Of a stretch of 64,000 nucleotides of DNA, positions 48,321 to 59,232 are shown piece by piece. Position numbers and translations under genes: made by a program. The DNA lies in contig JAVRCJ020000016.1 in assembly GCA_034530875.2 (NCBI GenBank), positions 1-64,000 on the forward strand, in the 5' to 3' direction. The DNA comes from Nostoc sp. DedSLP01 (GTDB taxonomy: Bacteria; Cyanobacteriota; Cyanobacteriia; Cyanobacteriales; Nostocaceae). Within the stretch, counting starts at the first letter, position 1. Each line of letters begins with the position of its first letter. Under the pieces are notes generated by a model, which was not told the origin of the DNA, did no database searches, and saw only the letters and a list, made by a program, of their open reading frames with translations.

Positions 48321-49696
48321 TAAAGATTACTTTCAATCAACTGCCGATATTCACTCTTTTGCTTAACGCCTTTAACTTCCTTCACCAGTTCCTTGTTTTT
48401 AAACAATTGAACTGTTGGCGTTCCTGTAACATTAGCATTTTCAGCAATTTCTCGGTCTTTGTCGATGTCAATTTCTACAAAGTGGATTTTGCTGTCAAAT
48501 TCATCGACTACTTTATTTAAGATTGGCTTCAAGGTATGACAAGGGCCACAGCCAGGAGAAACGTATTTAACTAGGAGTAAGCGATCGCTTTCGTGGAATA
48601 ATTTCCGTAAAGCATAACCGCCCTCATGACGGGTTGCATTCAAGTTAAATCCAGCTTCTTCCTCAGCTTCGGTCTTTTTGGCTGCTTGATGTTGATGTTC
48701 TAATTCGTTATCTGCTGTTTCTGGCTGTTGATGGAATTCTTGAATCAAGCCACTGGATGATAACCAACGTTCTGCCAACATCGCCGCCATACAGCCACTA
48801 CCCGCAGCGGTAATTGCTTGACGAAATTCATGGTCTTGTACGTCACCAGCTGCAAAAACGCCTTCTATACTGGTTTCCGCAGAACCGGGCTTGGTGACAA
48901 CGTAACCCACTTCATCAAGTTCTAGTTGTCCCTTAAATAAGGAAGTATTGGGAGTGTGACCAATGGCGTAAAATAAACCCTTAGCGTGCAGTTTGCTCTC
49001 TTCACCAGTTTTGGTATTGCGGATTTTCACTCCTTCCATGTGACCGTTACCGAAGATATCCACGGCTTCTGTGTTCCAATGCACTTGGATTTTCGGGTTG
49101 CTCAAAACTCGGTCTTGCATGGCTTTAGAAGCCCGCATTTTATCGGTGCGTACCAACATGTTTACCTTAGAACCGTACTTGGTGAGGTAAATTGATTCCT
49201 CTGCTGCTGAGTCGCCAGCACCAATTACAGCCAATTCTGCACCGTGAAAAATCGGTGTTGCGCCGTCGCAAATTGCACAAGCCGAAATACCCCGACTCCA
49301 AAATTCACGTTCGTTAGGTAAACCTAAACGCTTTGCTGTCGCGCCGGTAGCAATGACGATGCTGTTGGTTTTGATTTCTCTTTCTTGCGATCGCACCGTA
49401 AAAGGACGCTGACTCAAGTCAACTGATATAACATCTTCAGTATATAGCTCAGCCCCCCAGCGCTCTGCTTGCGCCTTCATTTTATCCATCAGTTCCGGCC
49501 CGGTAATCCCTTGGGGAAAACCAGGAAAGTTCTCAACTTCCGTCGTTGTCATTAATTGTCCGCCAGGCAATCCCCCGGCTTGGAAACCTTCAAATACAAC
49601 GGGTTTCAAGTTAGCACGTCCTGCATAGATGGCTGCTGTGTACCCTGCTGGCCCAGAACCGATAATTACTAAGTTTTCTACTGTGGGGTTAGTCAT
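48320..49696 (-). CDS. ntrC: NADPH-thioredoxin reductase with fused thioredoxin domain (NTRC)
   Basis: [20 protein letters not shown] and C-terminal CGPC thioredoxin domain. Confidence 0.92.
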   Translation of the reverse strand: MTNPTVENLVIIGSGPAGYTAAIYAGRANLKPVVFEGFQAGGLPGGQLMTTTEVENFPGFPQGITGPELMDKMKAQAERWGAELYTEDVISVDLSQRPFTVRSQEREIKTNSIVIATGATAKRLGLPNEREFWSRGISACAICDGATPIFHGAELAVIGAGDSAAEESIYLTKYGSKVNMLVRTDKMRASKAMQDRVLSNPKIQVHWNTEAVDIFGNGHMEGVKIRNTKTGEESKLHAKGLFYAIGHTPNTSLFKGQLELDEVGYVVTKPGSAETSIEGVFAAGDVQDHEFRQAITAAGSGCMAAMLAERWLSSSGLIQEFHQQPETADNELEHQHQAAKKTEAEEEAGFNLNATRHEGGYALRKLFHESDRLLLVKYVSPGCGPCHTLKPILNKVVDEFDSKIHFVEIDIDKDREIAENANVTGTPTVQLFKNKELVKEVKGVKQKSEYRQLIESNL

Positions 49697-49829
49697 GACA
49701 ATATACGAACTCATAACGACTACGTTTAATATAGCATAACAAATTGCGATCGGCTACGCCAGATGGGAAGCGCTGGGAAAATGCCTACAGTACTATGCGA
49801 TCAATACTTGCCGAAGATGCTGTTAACCG

Positions 49830-50603
49830 CTAAGAGTTTTCTCGCAGATATTTCCTGATTACTTCAACATCTATTTCTAGCAATTCTGCTATTTCTTGAA
49901 TACTCATACCTTTCTCACTAAGTTTTGGGGCTAATTTCAACCTACTCTTTTCCAAGATGCTCTTGTACAATCGAGTATTGACGAATTCATCTAAATCAAG
50001 CATGGCTTCAATTTCCTCTAAAGAAAGATTTGGAAACTTATAAAATACAATAGCTTGGATAAATGCTAGCACTTTAGTTTGAAGATTTTCATCGGTAAAA
50101 TCTTCTCTTGCCTGATTGATTAGCTGTTGAGCTAAGGAAGTAGCTTTTGTAGGTGATTCTACAAAGAGTTTGGCAATTCCTACACCCAAGGAATCATCAG
50201 TTCTAGTAGAAAATTCATTCAGATATATGCAGCGTAGATGTTGTTCGACTAAAACTTGATAGCGGGGGTGAGGTGGAGTTTCATTGATGCGTTTGTCGTA
50301 GATAACAATTGCATACCAGTTTGGGTTTGCTGGTTTATATTGACGGAAGTAAACAAAAATTTCCCCAAAAAGTCGCTCGTAAAATTCTTCATCTTTGTAG
50401 GTTTGCAACTCTACAAAATATAAAGGTTCGTTTTCAAATCCCTGGATAGTGGAAAATATCCCGTCTAAACGAAATGATTGTTGTTTGACTTCCGGTGCAA
50501 TAAATGTGTAAATATCAGGATTAGTCTCAGGTTTGTCAATAAGTTCAAAAAATATTTGTGGTAGTTCCTTAATCAGTTCGTAAAAAATTACATCTGTTTT
50601 CAT
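49830..50603 (-). CDS. Rpn family recombination-promoting nuclease/putative transposase (DUF2887-like)
   Basis: MKTDVIFYEL, EVKQQSFRLDG, YFVELQ...DEEFYERLFGE. Confidence 0.88.
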   Translation of the reverse strand: MKTDVIFYELIKELPQIFFELIDKPETNPDIYTFIAPEVKQQSFRLDGIFSTIQGFENEPLYFVELQTYKDEEFYERLFGEIFVYFRQYKPANPNWYAIVIYDKRINETPPHPRYQVLVEQHLRCIYLNEFSTRTDDSLGVGIAKLFVESPTKATSLAQQLINQAREDFTDENLQTKVLAFIQAIVFYKFPNLSLEEIEAMLDLDEFVNTRLYKSILEKSRLKLAPKLSEKGMSIQEIAELLEIDVEVIRKYLRENS

Positions 50604-50713
50604 TGATGCTATAAATTGCAAACTATACAGCAGTTGTTCTTTGAATACAATATATTGTAACTTTCGGTGGTTAAGGCATTTATGATAGATATCAAAGCGT
50701 TATTTAGTGTATT

Positions 50714-51280
50714 ATGTCCTTCACCATCACGGATTTAGAGCAGCTACAAAGTGAGCATCCAGAATGGCAGATGGAACTGGTAGAGGGAAAAATCATAATT
50801 TCTGGGCTATCAGATTACGAGTCAGAGGAAATAGGGACTCGTCTAGTTACCTTCTTGAATAACTGGGTAATGTCGCGCAAGCTGGGACGTGTAACTGGTT
50901 CTGGTACTGGGTTTATCTTGCCAAGTTTAGAAAAAGATGATTTACAAAAAAGAAACTTGCGATCGCCTGATGTGTCTTTTGTAAAAGCGGATCGCTTGAA
51001 GAAGACCAAGCGCGATTTTGTAGAGTTAGTTCCAGACTTGATGGTTGAGATTAAATTTAAAAGCGACAGAATTAAACCACTTGAAGAGAAGATTCAGCTA
51101 TTTTTGCAACTTGGGTCTGTAGTAGGCATATTGATTGACCCAGACAAATTGACAGTAACGGTTTACCGACTAAACCAAGCCCCAGTAGTGTTACAGAATG
51201 GCGATACACTGACACTACCAGACTTGCTACCAGGTTGGGAACTGGCGGTATCAGAACTATGGCCGCCTGAGTTTGAATAA
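50714..51280 (+). CDS. Uma2 family endonuclease
   Basis: MELVEG, SPDVSFV, PDLMVEI, LPDLLPGWEL. Confidence 0.9.
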   Translation: MSFTITDLEQLQSEHPEWQMELVEGKIIISGLSDYESEEIGTRLVTFLNNWVMSRKLGRVTGSGTGFILPSLEKDDLQKRNLRSPDVSFVKADRLKKTKRDFVELVPDLMVEIKFKSDRIKPLEEKIQLFLQLGSVVGILIDPDKLTVTVYRLNQAPVVLQNGDTLTLPDLLPGWELAVSELWPPEFE

Positions 51281-51415
51281 GTTACTGACAATCAAAGCTG
51301 TTTTGAATTGCCTGGAATATTAGGTTTTTCCTGAATTAGCACAGCTGTGCTACCTTACCGCCATATCTTAGTCAAAAATTTTTTTAGGTGCTGTGATAGG
51401 AAAGCGATCGCAAGT

Positions 51416-51422
51416 GGGTAAG
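51416..51422 (+). promoter_or_regulatory. Putative SigF-type promoter element GGGTAAG
   Basis: GGGTAAG about 46 bp upstream of the pilin start; SigF-dependent pilA promoters with this motif are known in cyanobacteria. Confidence 0.55.
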
Positions 51423-51468
51423 TTACATTCAGAACACCCAAGCAGTCCCTACCCCAGGGAAAACACTT

Positions 51469-52029
51469 ATGAAAACTGAATTGAAAGCAAAGTTTATCCA
51501 ACACATCGTCGGCAAAAAGAAAGAAAGCGAAGGTTTTACACTTATTGAATTACTAGTAGTAATCATTATTATCGGTATTTTGTCTGCGATCGCTCTACCT
51601 TCATTCTTGAACCAAGCTAACAAAGCCAAGCAGTCGGAAGCAAAACAAAACGTTGGTGCAATGAACCGACAACAACAGGCTTATTATCTGGAGAAGAATA
51701 CTTTTACAAGTAACATGTCAGATTTGGGTCTTGGTATTAAAACAGCAAGTACAAACTATAAGTTCTCAATTTCTACACTTTCTAGCGGTGCTGTAGTTGG
51801 TATAACCAACCGTTCATCACGAGTGACCGCAACTGCTCCTCTGAAAGTTTATATTGGTGGTGTAAACGTAGGTCTTGTGGCAGCAACAAGTGAAGCAACC
51901 ACATTAACTGTATTGTGTGAAGCAGTTAATCCTGGTACTGTGTCAGGCGCTGCGACTGGGATTATTGATTCAGCTACCTATGCTTCTGCCGGCCCCAGTT
52001 GCCCTGGTACATACACAACTCTTAACTAG
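51469..52029 (+). CDS. pilA: Type IV major pilin-like protein
   Basis: Class III signal EG/FTLIELLVVIIIIGILSAIALPSFL; KAKQSEAK; C-terminal Cys pair. Confidence 0.9.
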   Translation: MKTELKAKFIQHIVGKKKESEGFTLIELLVVIIIIGILSAIALPSFLNQANKAKQSEAKQNVGAMNRQQQAYYLEKNTFTSNMSDLGLGIKTASTNYKFSISTLSSGAVVGITNRSSRVTATAPLKVYIGGVNVGLVAATSEATTLTVLCEAVNPGTVSGAATGIIDSATYASAGPSCPGTYTTLN

Positions 52030-52125
52030 AATTTCTTAGAGAAGTTCGGGATTTGCACGAGGAATCACAAAGTACTTAAAATTTTCAAAAATTTAATTCC
52101 CGAATTTTATCAATGGTGAGTTACA

Positions 52126-52157
52126 AATAAGTGGGTAGATTATTCTATCCACTTATT
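52126..52157 (+). terminator. Stem-loop downstream of the pilin gene
   Basis: AATAAGTGGGTAGA-TTAT-TCTATCCACTTATT followed by an A/T-rich tract. Confidence 0.55.
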
Positions 52158-52183
52158 ATATTTTTCAGGAATCATTTCTTCGT

Positions 52184-54421
52184 ATGAATCTTCAATCTTC
52201 TTCTTTGCCTCAAATGCTTAACTCTCAAGAGGAAGCTTTTCAATATCTTGTACAAGGCCACTATATAAAAGCTGCTAGTTTATATGAACAATTAATCAAC
52301 ACGGGACCAGAAGTAAGTTCTCACTATTGGTATTTGGGACTGGTGCTACTTTTACAAGGTGAAGAAGCGGAAGCCCAAATGACTTGGCTACTGGCAATGG
52401 AAAAAGCCGAAGCAGACGAGGTAGAGTTATGGACAGTTGAACTTATACAAATTCTGCAAACAGAAGCAACCAGACAAGAGACTCTGGAAAATTATTCTGT
52501 TGCTTGGGCAATTCGCCAACATATAAAAGAAATTAATCTCCATGAGATAAATAATTTATTAAGTATTATTAATCTTGATATTCAACTAGAAAGGTTCACA
52601 GATGATGAATTGAGCGATTTAGAAATAATTGATATCTTAAAAACAGAGGAAAATCTAGAGCTTGACTGTCAATTATTATTGCAAGTATTGCAACAATTAT
52701 TAGAGGTTGCACCCTTACATACAGCATCTTTAGAGCTATTAGAGGTATGTTTACCTTACTTTTCTGATAATCAATCTCTTCTTAATATTCTGCTACCTGC
52801 ATCTATGAAAATTGCTTATAATTTTAAGCAACCTCACATAGCAGCAGACATTTTAGAGTTTTACTTGCGTTTAGATCCTGAAAATAGAGAAATTTTGCTA
52901 TGTTTAGCAGCTTTTTATCAAAATTCAGGTGATTATTTAAAAGGAATTAAAACTGCTAAGATTGGCTACTCTCTAGCGAAAGAAATTACAGATAGAATTT
53001 ATGGAATTGCTGTTGTATTAAGGGGTTTGTTAAGTGCAGGTGGTTACTGGCAAGAGGTAGTAAGTACTTGTCAAGATTTAGAAAATTTGATGCTTGCATT
53101 AATAGAAAATCAAGGGTCATTACGCTCAGAAGAACTCAATTTTCGTTTGATAACTCCTTTTTTCTCTATAGCTCATATTAAAGATGAGCCAGCTACAACT
53201 AGATATATTTTAAATCAAGTATCCAAAATTTTTGAAACGCATACTCAGGTTGTATTTGCTGAGAATTTTGAGCGATATTATCAGCAGAATCTAAAACTTC
53301 AACAGACAAGAAAATCTACAAAAAAAATCAAAATTGGATATTTATCTCACTGTTTAAGAAGACATTCTGTAGGCTGGCTGGCTCGTTGGCTAATTCAGCA
53401 TCATAATCGAGAAAATTTTGAAATTTATATATATTTTGTTAATTCTAATTTACTAGATGACCCTCTTCAGGATTGGTATGAAAATGAAGCGTCATATTCT
53501 CGTCGATTAGGGATGAATAGCTGCGAAATTGCCGACCAAATAAATCAAGATGAAATCGATATTTTAGTCGATCTTGATAGCGTCACTTTAGATATTACTT
53601 GTGAAATAATGGCACTCAAGCCAGCACCACTTCAATTAACTTGGCTGGGTTGGGATGCATCCGGAGTACCAAGTATTGATTACTTTATTGCAGACCCTTA
53701 TGTATTACCAGATTCAGCGCAAAATTATTACACAGAGAAAATTTGGCGATTACCACAAACTTATATAGCTGTAGATGGATTTGAGGTAGGAGTTCCTACC
53801 CTACGGCGAACAGATTTAGACATTCCTAGCGATGCTGTAGTGTATTTGAGCGCTCAACGGGGATATAAACGTCATCCTGAAACTACAAGATGGCAAATGA
53901 AAATTATCAAACAAGTCCCAAATAGCTACTTTTTGATTAAGGGTGATGCTGAAGAAGAAGCTATTAAAGAGTTTTTCTATACAATAGCAGCAGCAGAGGG
54001 TGTGGATCGCGATCGCCTGCGGTTTTTACCTTTAGATCTCACTGAAGCTATCCATAGAGCTAATTTAGCGATCACTGATATTGTATTAGATACATCTCCT
54101 TATAATGGAGCAACCACAACGCTAGAAACATTGTGGATGGGTATCCCCTTAGTTACGCGAGTCGGAGAACAGTTTGCGGCTCGTAATAGCTACACCATGA
54201 TGATAAATGCTGGTATCACAGAAGGTATTGCCTGGACTGATGAAGAGTATGTAGAGTGGGGTGTGCGCTTGGGGAAAGATGCTACTTTAAGACAGGAAAT
54301 TTCTTGGAAACTCCGACAGTCACGGCACACAGCACCTTTGTGGAATGGTAAGCAATTTACCTGTGAAATGGAAAAGGCTTACGAGCAAATGTGGCAGAAG
54401 TACACTGAGACTAATTGCTAA
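52184..54421 (+). CDS. ogtA: O-linked N-acetylglucosamine transferase, SPINDLY/GT41 family
   Basis: KIGYLS...HSVGWL, DEIDILVDLD, LDTSPYNGATTTLETLWMGIPLVT; TPR-like N-terminus; downstream of pilin as in Nostoc punctiforme. Confidence 0.82.
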   Translation: MNLQSSSLPQMLNSQEEAFQYLVQGHYIKAASLYEQLINTGPEVSSHYWYLGLVLLLQGEEAEAQMTWLLAMEKAEADEVELWTVELIQILQTEATRQETLENYSVAWAIRQHIKEINLHEINNLLSIINLDIQLERFTDDELSDLEIIDILKTEENLELDCQLLLQVLQQLLEVAPLHTASLELLEVCLPYFSDNQSLLNILLPASMKIAYNFKQPHIAADILEFYLRLDPENREILLCLAAFYQNSGDYLKGIKTAKIGYSLAKEITDRIYGIAVVLRGLLSAGGYWQEVVSTCQDLENLMLALIENQGSLRSEELNFRLITPFFSIAHIKDEPATTRYILNQVSKIFETHTQVVFAENFERYYQQNLKLQQTRKSTKKIKIGYLSHCLRRHSVGWLARWLIQHHNRENFEIYIYFVNSNLLDDPLQDWYENEASYSRRLGMNSCEIADQINQDEIDILVDLDSVTLDITCEIMALKPAPLQLTWLGWDASGVPSIDYFIADPYVLPDSAQNYYTEKIWRLPQTYIAVDGFEVGVPTLRRTDLDIPSDAVVYLSAQRGYKRHPETTRWQMKIIKQVPNSYFLIKGDAEEEAIKEFFYTIAAAEGVDRDRLRFLPLDLTEAIHRANLAITDIVLDTSPYNGATTTLETLWMGIPLVTRVGEQFAARNSYTMMINAGITEGIAWTDEEYVEWGVRLGKDATLRQEISWKLRQSRHTAPLWNGKQFTCEMEKAYEQMWQKYTETNC

Positions 54422-54529
54422 CTTAGATATAGCAATTCTAGTTGATTTGTAAAAATTGAGGCTTTAAGAAACCCGACTTATTTATAAATTCGGGTTTCTT
54501 GGTATCTGTATAAATTGTAAAAAATTGCA

Positions 54530-55153
54530 TTAGTCTATATGTGCAGCTTGAAAAACCTGTTCGGTAATTAAGTTCAATTCTGGAAAAATTTTTGATTCAA
54601 TGCGCTCACTATCTGCGAACTGCCGAACTTGGTATTCACCTTCAACCAAAGAGTAAATTGAGATAGTTGGTTGTTTGGGATTGCCAATAAACCTCCTACC
54701 GCCTAAAGCTGCATAATCTACAATCCAGTATTCTGCTATGCCTACTGCCTCATAATCAGCAGCTTTTTTTAAATAATCATCTCTCCAGTTGGTGCTGACA
54801 ACTTCAATTACTAAAGGGATTGATGCCGCTTGGCTAACAGTTGACTCTTTTTTCCACAAAGGCTCATTCACTAGATTAGGTTGATTTAATATCAAACCAT
54901 CTGGTGAATAAGCTGATTCGCTCTCAGTTGGTTTAATAAATGCCGTTTTGGGAATAAAATAAGGAAGTTTTAGCCGCCTAATTTCAACAGATATTTCTAG
55001 CATCAAAAAACCAATAACTTCTTCATGATCACCTGTTGGTGGCGGCATTTCAAAAATTACTCTATCACGAAGTTCATAGCGTTGTTGTGAGTTTCCTGGA
55101 TACCAACTAATAAATTCATCAAATGTTACTAATTTATTTAAAGCTCGAGTCAT
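54530..55153 (-). CDS. Uma2 family endonuclease
   Basis: RYEL, PLVIEVVSTNWRDDY, YEAVGIAEYWIVDY. Confidence 0.9.
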   Translation of the reverse strand: MTRALNKLVTFDEFISWYPGNSQQRYELRDRVIFEMPPPTGDHEEVIGFLMLEISVEIRRLKLPYFIPKTAFIKPTESESAYSPDGLILNQPNLVNEPLWKKESTVSQAASIPLVIEVVSTNWRDDYLKKAADYEAVGIAEYWIVDYAALGGRRFIGNPKQPTISIYSLVEGEYQVRQFADSERIESKIFPELNLITEQVFQAAHID

Positions 55154-55248
55154 AAATTATCACTCTTGATGTTGGCTCCATTAACAATTACTAGGGTAGC
55201 ACAGCTAGCTGTGCTGCCCTAGCTCATAACTCACGAAAGCGATAGATG

Positions 55249-57939
55249 CTATACAACTGCTAGATCTACTAAATTCTCTACTTTATAGATAGGAATATTT
55301 GCAGATTTAACTAGTGCATGAATTCGCTGTTGATTTTCTTTCTCCCAAGCAATTCGAGCAGAAATATTTGGCACAAGGACTTCCCAATCAAGTTCACTTA
55401 ATTCTTTTAACAGCGAAATAGATGCTTTGTCTGTCAAATCTAAATCATCTTCCATCAGCAGATTCATAGTCACGCTAGATAAAATTAAGCTAGCTTCATC
55501 TTCAGAAATATCATCAATATCTATTAAAAGAGTTATTTTTTCTGCATCTGGATGATTAAATATTGTTCGTAAAATTTCTGCAAACTGTTCTAATAAAAAC
55601 TCTTCAGATGCACTCCAATCTGGAAAGATAATTAAATTGATATCTTTTAAATTTAGATATTCTTGAAGAGAGATTAATTTTTCTTTTTGCAACAGTTTTT
55701 GAAGTGATTGAGGAATTTCACGAATGAACATCATTGAGTTTTCAATTGTATGAATTCCTGGCGTATGTAGAAGCATAAATAATAATTCTGCTGCTTGCTC
55801 TCTTGTGGGTATATGCCTCAACATATCTAGATTTTTTACCAATGCTGTTTTACGCATAATAGTAAAAGCCAGCAAACTAGGCGGATATTTCAGCCACGGC
55901 AAAGTAGTAACTGCTTCTTCATAACTCAAGCATTGATTATATGGTATAAATATTCCTTGGGGTAAAAATTTTCCTTTTAGCATTCTATTTTGATTAATAG
56001 GTAACCATCCCCCAAAGGAAACTCCTTGAATTACTTGTTGCCCATCAGCTAATAAAATTTGCATAGCTGATAAGATAAGAGATTCATGATATTGAATATT
56101 ACTGTGGGCTAAAAGAATATAGTCTTCTGGAATCGTTTCTAATAAAGCAAGAATCGATTCTATTGTTTGTTTATGGTCTTCCAAATCCAAATAATTACAT
56201 TTGTATTCATTGATTGCTTGATATCTAGAACGTTTCAAGCCTTGAGATAAAAACTGGTTTTCTTGCTCATTGTTATAAGTTAGTTGAACAACTCCTACAG
56301 ATGGATGACTTATATTATTTTTGGGGTTTGTTAATCCTTGTTGTTTAACTTTCTGACGAAAATCTCTAATTTCTAATATATATTTTTCTAAAAACTCATT
56401 TTCTTCTGTAAGAGAACGCTGTTTTTCTTCGCTACCAGGTAAATTATATAGTGAAGAACCATATAAAACTCTATTGCAAACTTTATCTAATGTTGGATCG
56501 ATTCCAGGTTTTAGTTCATTATTGCTTTCAAAGCTTAAGCCTTCTGAATTAAACGAGCGAAACTCATTGGAAAACTTAAAAAAGTAAGCATTTGTAAATC
56601 GATACAATCTTCTTAAGTCTTCAACTGTAGTTTTAGCAGATTCAGAGAATAAACTATCTACTAAAATTCTGAGAGATGCTATATCGAACTTATCAATTAC
56701 ATACCTTAAGGCAAAACTATATAAAGAGCTGCTAATAATTGCTGTCGGTATTCCTTTTGCTACAGCCTCTATTGACATTGTGCTGAAAAAAGCGATCGCT
56801 GCGTCAGTGTGCCATAATAAAGCATAAGAAGTTAGCTGCTCTGATGGCATAACAATTCGCACATTTTTAGGAGCAGAGAGAGATTGTTGATAGGCTCTAA
56901 CAATAAAATCTATCTGAGCAGGTAAATATTCTCTGCCTGCTATATTAGGATGATGTCGAATTACTAAATATTCATCTTTGTCTGCAAATACCTCAATTAA
57001 TCGATCAATTATATCTAGCTGCTGGCTAATCCCTAAATAATCTTGAGCTGCTGCTAATTCGTCTTCGCTGGAAGTGAATACTGCAAAAATTTTTGCATCT
57101 TCTGGTATATTTAGCTGGCGACGAACAGAAGCATATTCTGTTTGATAATTATAGAATGAAGAGAAATTTTGACCAGTTTCACGCTCTAACCAATATTTTT
57201 TAACCTGTAGCAATTCTGAATTATTAAGTGGAATATTTTCCCAAGCTTCAATTACATCTCTTGCAGGTTTAGTCTGCATACATCCATGATTATCTAGTAG
57301 AAGATAACTATTATTAATGTATCCCTTTTCTTGGACAATCGTATCAATATTGTGTTGACGCGCTACTTCAAAAGCAATTCGAGAAGGAGCCAATCTAGCT
57401 CCTAACAAAAATAGATGAGTTGGTTGATAATAATATATTAACCTAGATACTGCTTTGTAGGTAACTAAGCCATCTATCAAATACTGTCTGTGAACTTTTC
57501 TCACATCAGGACTAGATAGCCCTGTTGATGTAATCCGGAAATAAGTATATACAGATGAAGTAACCCATTGACCAATTGCTAAGTTATCATATACGGCCTC
57601 TGCATAGTTTACAGGGTCAACAGTTGCTAGCCATTCGTTAGCTAAGTTGTAATCATTATCTAGAACAAAATCCCGGAGTTGCTTGTAAGGTAGATGAAAT
57701 GAATCACAAAAATATCCTTTGCTTGTCTGGGAACATAATTCACATATTTGTTGTTTGATTTCTCCTGTTCCTCGGAGAATGTAGCAAGATTCAAACAAAC
57801 CGTCACAACCGGTTATTAAAACATCACACCCTCGCATCCTTAATGCAGTGGCAACAGTGGCATCAAGTTGATGATGAAATAACCAAGCTGGAGGAAGAGA
57901 ATATAAGGATAAAAATAATATTTTTTTCTGTTGGCTCAT
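55249..57939 (-). CDS. Multidomain glycosyltransferase-like protein (KpsS/capsule-biosynthesis-like N-terminus)
   Basis: AVFTSSEDE, LVIRHHP, SYAL...STMSIEA..KG GT-B-like motifs; C-terminal NLIIFPDW...TLLID module. Confidence 0.6.
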   Translation of the reverse strand: MSQQKKILFLSLYSLPPAWLFHHQLDATVATALRMRGCDVLITGCDGLFESCYILRGTGEIKQQICELCSQTSKGYFCDSFHLPYKQLRDFVLDNDYNLANEWLATVDPVNYAEAVYDNLAIGQWVTSSVYTYFRITSTGLSSPDVRKVHRQYLIDGLVTYKAVSRLIYYYQPTHLFLLGARLAPSRIAFEVARQHNIDTIVQEKGYINNSYLLLDNHGCMQTKPARDVIEAWENIPLNNSELLQVKKYWLERETGQNFSSFYNYQTEYASVRRQLNIPEDAKIFAVFTSSEDELAAAQDYLGISQQLDIIDRLIEVFADKDEYLVIRHHPNIAGREYLPAQIDFIVRAYQQSLSAPKNVRIVMPSEQLTSYALLWHTDAAIAFFSTMSIEAVAKGIPTAIISSSLYSFALRYVIDKFDIASLRILVDSLFSESAKTTVEDLRRLYRFTNAYFFKFSNEFRSFNSEGLSFESNNELKPGIDPTLDKVCNRVLYGSSLYNLPGSEEKQRSLTEENEFLEKYILEIRDFRQKVKQQGLTNPKNNISHPSVGVVQLTYNNEQENQFLSQGLKRSRYQAINEYKCNYLDLEDHKQTIESILALLETIPEDYILLAHSNIQYHESLILSAMQILLADGQQVIQGVSFGGWLPINQNRMLKGKFLPQGIFIPYNQCLSYEEAVTTLPWLKYPPSLLAFTIMRKTALVKNLDMLRHIPTREQAAELLFMLLHTPGIHTIENSMMFIREIPQSLQKLLQKEKLISLQEYLNLKDINLIIFPDWSASEEFLLEQFAEILRTIFNHPDAEKITLLIDIDDISEDEASLILSSVTMNLLMEDDLDLTDKASISLLKELSELDWEVLVPNISARIAWEKENQQRIHALVKSANIPIYKVENLVDLAVV

Positions 57940-58209
57940 GATTCAATTACCGATAAATAATTAATATCTGGAAATAAACTTAACCTTACAATTATTTGCT
58001 TTTTTACATCCTTGAAAAATTTAAATTTTTACCAATAATGAATTTTTTAGCAGCTAATTCATGGATATTACTCAATAAAATAGGTTTTCAGAAGCCATTT
58101 AAAGCCATTCATACTGGCGCTTCCACCGTAATTACACTGAAAAACTTATCTAGTTAAACAGAAATTTTAATTGTTTAAATAAATATACAAATAGTTTAAT
58201 TTCAGCAAC

Positions 58210-59232
58210 CTAATTTAATAGATGAGATATTTCACTAGCAATTCGGTCTGCTCCTCGTCCGTCAATTGTTTCCCATCCCAATCTAGCTAATTGATGAAGT
58301 AAAGTAATATTTTTTGTTAATTTTGTAAGGGAATTAACTGCATTTTGAGTTCGATCCAAATCTGCTAACAAACCAATGGAACTCAACTGCTCAACATAAT
58401 ATTTCATTGAATCCCAAGCAACTGCTGCACAAGGCTTGCCCATACACATAACTTCATAGGAAGTAATTCCTCCAAGGGTAACAATTAGATCGTGTTCTAA
58501 AATTAAATGTGCTAAACAACTAGGTGACTTTATAACACTCAAGTACTGACTTTTTTGAGCAATCACTTGCAATTGATTGACTTGCGTTAGATCAAAAGCA
58601 GGGCCAACAATAATAGTCGTAGAGAAGCTTGGTACAAGTTGTTGTTCATATAAACTTTGAACTAACTGAAGCGTAATATTGTCAGGATCGGCTCCCCCTA
58701 GAGTGATTAATATTTTGTTTACTTTGCCTTTTTGCCAAGGAGCAACAGGGCGTAGTTGAGCTACAGATTGACGGATAATCCGGTACGGCGCTCCTATTAG
58801 TCCTACCCCTTTAAAAGAGGGTGGCAAGTCTTTGAGGGATTTAAACGCATCTCCATCTACCAACATATCAGCAGCAAAACGTCCTATACCACTGTCGTTT
58901 ACATGCACAAATGCTTGATATCCCTCACTTTTAGCTACTGCTATATCCTCAGCCTGAACATTGAGTAGGTCAGTAACTAAAATAAAAACACCTTGTTGTT
59001 TACACAGGTGCGATCGCTGTGTAAATGCAGTTTGAGAATCAGGAACTACAATGACTTCACACTCAGGAGGTTGAAAATAAGCAGCAAGTTCTGGAGTAGT
59101 TTCCCACAACAATATAACTCTTTGCCAAAATCCAGTATTCTTTAAAGCAGTGGCTAAAGTTGCTGTTCGAGACAAATGACCGATTCCAATTGTGCCACCA
59201 CCAGCTGCTTGTAGTACAACTGAATAGCTCAT
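58210..59232 (-). CDS. pseG: PseG/SpsG-like UDP-sugar hydrolase
   Basis: IGIGHLSR, ILITLGGADP, GGITSYE, IDGRGADRI. Confidence 0.75.
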   Translation of the reverse strand: MSYSVVLQAAGGGTIGIGHLSRTATLATALKNTGFWQRVILLWETTPELAAYFQPPECEVIVVPDSQTAFTQRSHLCKQQGVFILVTDLLNVQAEDIAVAKSEGYQAFVHVNDSGIGRFAADMLVDGDAFKSLKDLPPSFKGVGLIGAPYRIIRQSVAQLRPVAPWQKGKVNKILITLGGADPDNITLQLVQSLYEQQLVPSFSTTIIVGPAFDLTQVNQLQVIAQKSQYLSVIKSPSCLAHLILEHDLIVTLGGITSYEVMCMGKPCAAVAWDSMKYYVEQLSSIGLLADLDRTQNAVNSLTKLTKNITLLHQLARLGWETIDGRGADRIASEISHLLN

